Assembly (NCBI RefSeq): GCF_009914755.1
Contig: NC_060948.1
Direction: 5' to 3' (one strand)
Length of the DNA stretch: 64,000 nucleotides
Source: the human T2T-CHM13v2.0 reference genome, Homo sapiens
Each line of letters begins with the position of its first letter. Position 1 is the stretch's first letter. The translations under genes and the position numbers were made by a program. The notes under the pieces were generated by a model. The model ran no database searches. It was not told the DNA's origin and saw only the letters and a program-made list of their open reading frames with translations. This document shows positions 61,826 through 64,000 of the stretch, one piece after another.

Positions 61826-63276
61826 TCAGTCCTGCTGTTGGATCATATGGTTGGCGGCTTCTGGCCCAGAGAACCTTTGCCATCTGGAGCAGTATGCCTT
61901 CCAGTTATTGCCTTGGCATAGTGGACATGGGTTAGGGGGAAGCTTGTTTCTCATTGACAATCTTTTTTAAAGTGTCCTTGCAAACCACACTGATAACAAG
62001 CCCTACAGGGTGATTGGCGTGCTCCATTTCCTGTCCTTTCTGAACGACCAAGGTTTGTTTTTCTGAGGGACATGACTAATGCTGTGGCCTTTCCCTATTC
62101 TCACTTTTCCTTTTCAGCCTGTCCCTCTTGGTCCCTACTATAGAACAGCGATGTTGCCAGATTTAATAATGCCTCCAGATTTTGTTCAGGGCCCAGGGCT
62201 CACTTTTGGAGCTGTCTCCTGATATCTGCAGCTGATTGGTAATAAACTTATCTTTTAAGATCAGTTGACCCTTGAATGAGTCAGGTGACAGGGGAGCATA
62301 TTTTCTTATGGCCTCCAGCAGCCACTCAAAGAAGGCAGAAGGATTTTCTTCCTTTCCCTGAGTTATGGTGGACATCATTGAATAATTCATGGGCTTTTTC
62401 CTAATTCTCCTTAGTCCTTCTAGAATACAGGTCAGCAGATGTTTATGACTGCAGTCCCCATGATTTGAGTCTAGGTCCTGGTGGGGATCCATACTGGGGT
62501 TGGCTTGTTGACTGGTTTAGAATTTGTCCCTTTCTTCAGCTGTCATTCTAGCATTTACTTGACCAAGATATCAGGTATCTCCAAACTCTTGGGCTGCAGC
62601 TAAAGCCACATTATTTTCATTAAACGCCAGGGTTTGGTCTAACAAAAGCATGACATCTATCCAATTGAGGTCAAAGATTTGCCCTAGACCATGTAGGACA
62701 TCTATATAACTATCAGGATCATCTGAAAACTTCCGCAGATCTACCTTGATCTGCTTTAAATCAGAGAGGAAGAAGGGGACATGTACCCAGGTTGGGCCAA
62801 ATTCCCCTCCCCCTACAGCTTGAAGGGACATAACTGATACCCCAGGGGCTTTTGTGGTCCCTTGGAGATTTCTTTGCTTGCTTCCTTCTGGGTGGGGGAT
62901 ATTAGAGGAGGCTTATCATTAATAGGAAGTGGAGCTGTAGGAAAGCTAGAATATGGAGGTAAGTTGAGAAGTCCTCCTTTGGGATGTAAATTGTAAGTTT
63001 TGCATAGTTGTGGATTCACCTTCAATGAAAAGAAAGCTTGGACTTAAGGTATTTCCCTCCATTTGTCTTCCCTCTTAAAGGAAAGGTCAAGCCGTAGGAT
63101 AGTATTGTAATGTATACTTTCCTCAGGTTGCCATTTTTCCACATCAGAGAGAATATTGGGGCCAGGCTGTAATGCAGAAAATAATAAGCCACTTTTTTTC
63201 AGGGTTTGTGCGTCTAATTGGTTACAGTGGCTTAGGATGCATTTCAAGGGTGAGCCTGTTGATGCCTGTTTCCCAT
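61826..63276 (-). pseudogene. gag: HERV9 gag, disrupted
   Basis: STGSPLKCILSH, KFSDDPDSYI and TQGKEENPSAF motifs. Confidence 0.88.
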
Positions 63277-64000
63277 CTGGAATAAAAATCTGCCTGCAGT
63301 TTTGTTTTGTTTGCCTCCCCAAGAACCCACAACAGTCCCTGGGCCCTGCTGATCAGAATAGTTGCACTCACCAAAGCAACTGCAGAAACACTACTTTATT
63401 TCCTAGACCACAAAGAGGACTGAGGAAGGTTGGATTTAGTGGCCCTTACCGACATATTCTCAAAAACCTGCAACTTTGCCTTTCCTCTTAGACCACAAAG
63501 AGGACCAAGAAAAATCGGGTTTAGTGGCCTTTACTGAAGCATTCTTGAAAACCTGTAAGAGTCCTGAGCATTATCCTGTTAGTGTTGGGACCTTACCCTT
63601 GTCCTATGAAGATGATATGCCTGAAAATGGAGGGGAGGGCCATAACCTGAAGGAAAGAAGAGATCTCCAGGGTTGGAAGAATGGCAGTTTTGTTCTCACT
63701 TCTCATCATATGAATAGGAAGGATAAAATTTCTGAGGCTCCTCCTATCCTATCTTTGGGAATAGCCTTTGTTAGAACTACTAGTCTGAGGAGGCATCCTA
63801 AAAGGATAGATGGCATTCCAGATAGACTCCCTGCCAACAAAGGGACTTGGGCAAAAATTATATCTTTCTGATTGGTGAGTCTGGGCGCCTAAAAAAATGA
63901 ACAGAGTCCTGAAATTTATACTAGAAATTATTCTAATAGGAGAAACTAGAAAAGCACTAGAGATGAGAGTGGTTTTTGGAAGCAGGACTAGCCTTGGAGA

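Overview
Primate genomic DNA, almost certainly human Y chromosome. The compound microsatellite at 39367-39477 has the exact structure of the rapidly mutating Y-STR DYS612, which from memory lies in X-degenerate Yq11.221 between UTY and TMSB4Y. The window is nearly all decayed, nested retroelements: HERV-L with an MLT2 LTR, an internally deleted HML-5 (LTR22) provirus, a 5'-truncated HML-1 (LTR14B) provirus, a complete THE1 MaLR, MER4 and MER41 relics, two HERV9/LTR12 proviruses in inverted orientation (one complete with TSD), an ERVL-class relic split by a near-full-length L1PA, other L1 pieces and eight Alu loci. No intact host or viral ORF, RNA gene or CRISPR array is supported, and I found no convincing novel biological system. 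The noteworthy signal is mutational history: templated insertions, a fold-back palindrome, a twin-primed L1, sibling L1s with shared variants, an apparently recombinant provirus, an Alu trimer and a few non-repeat islands with exon-like segments. Subfamily names come from recalled consensus sequences and need RepeatMasker/Dfam confirmation.
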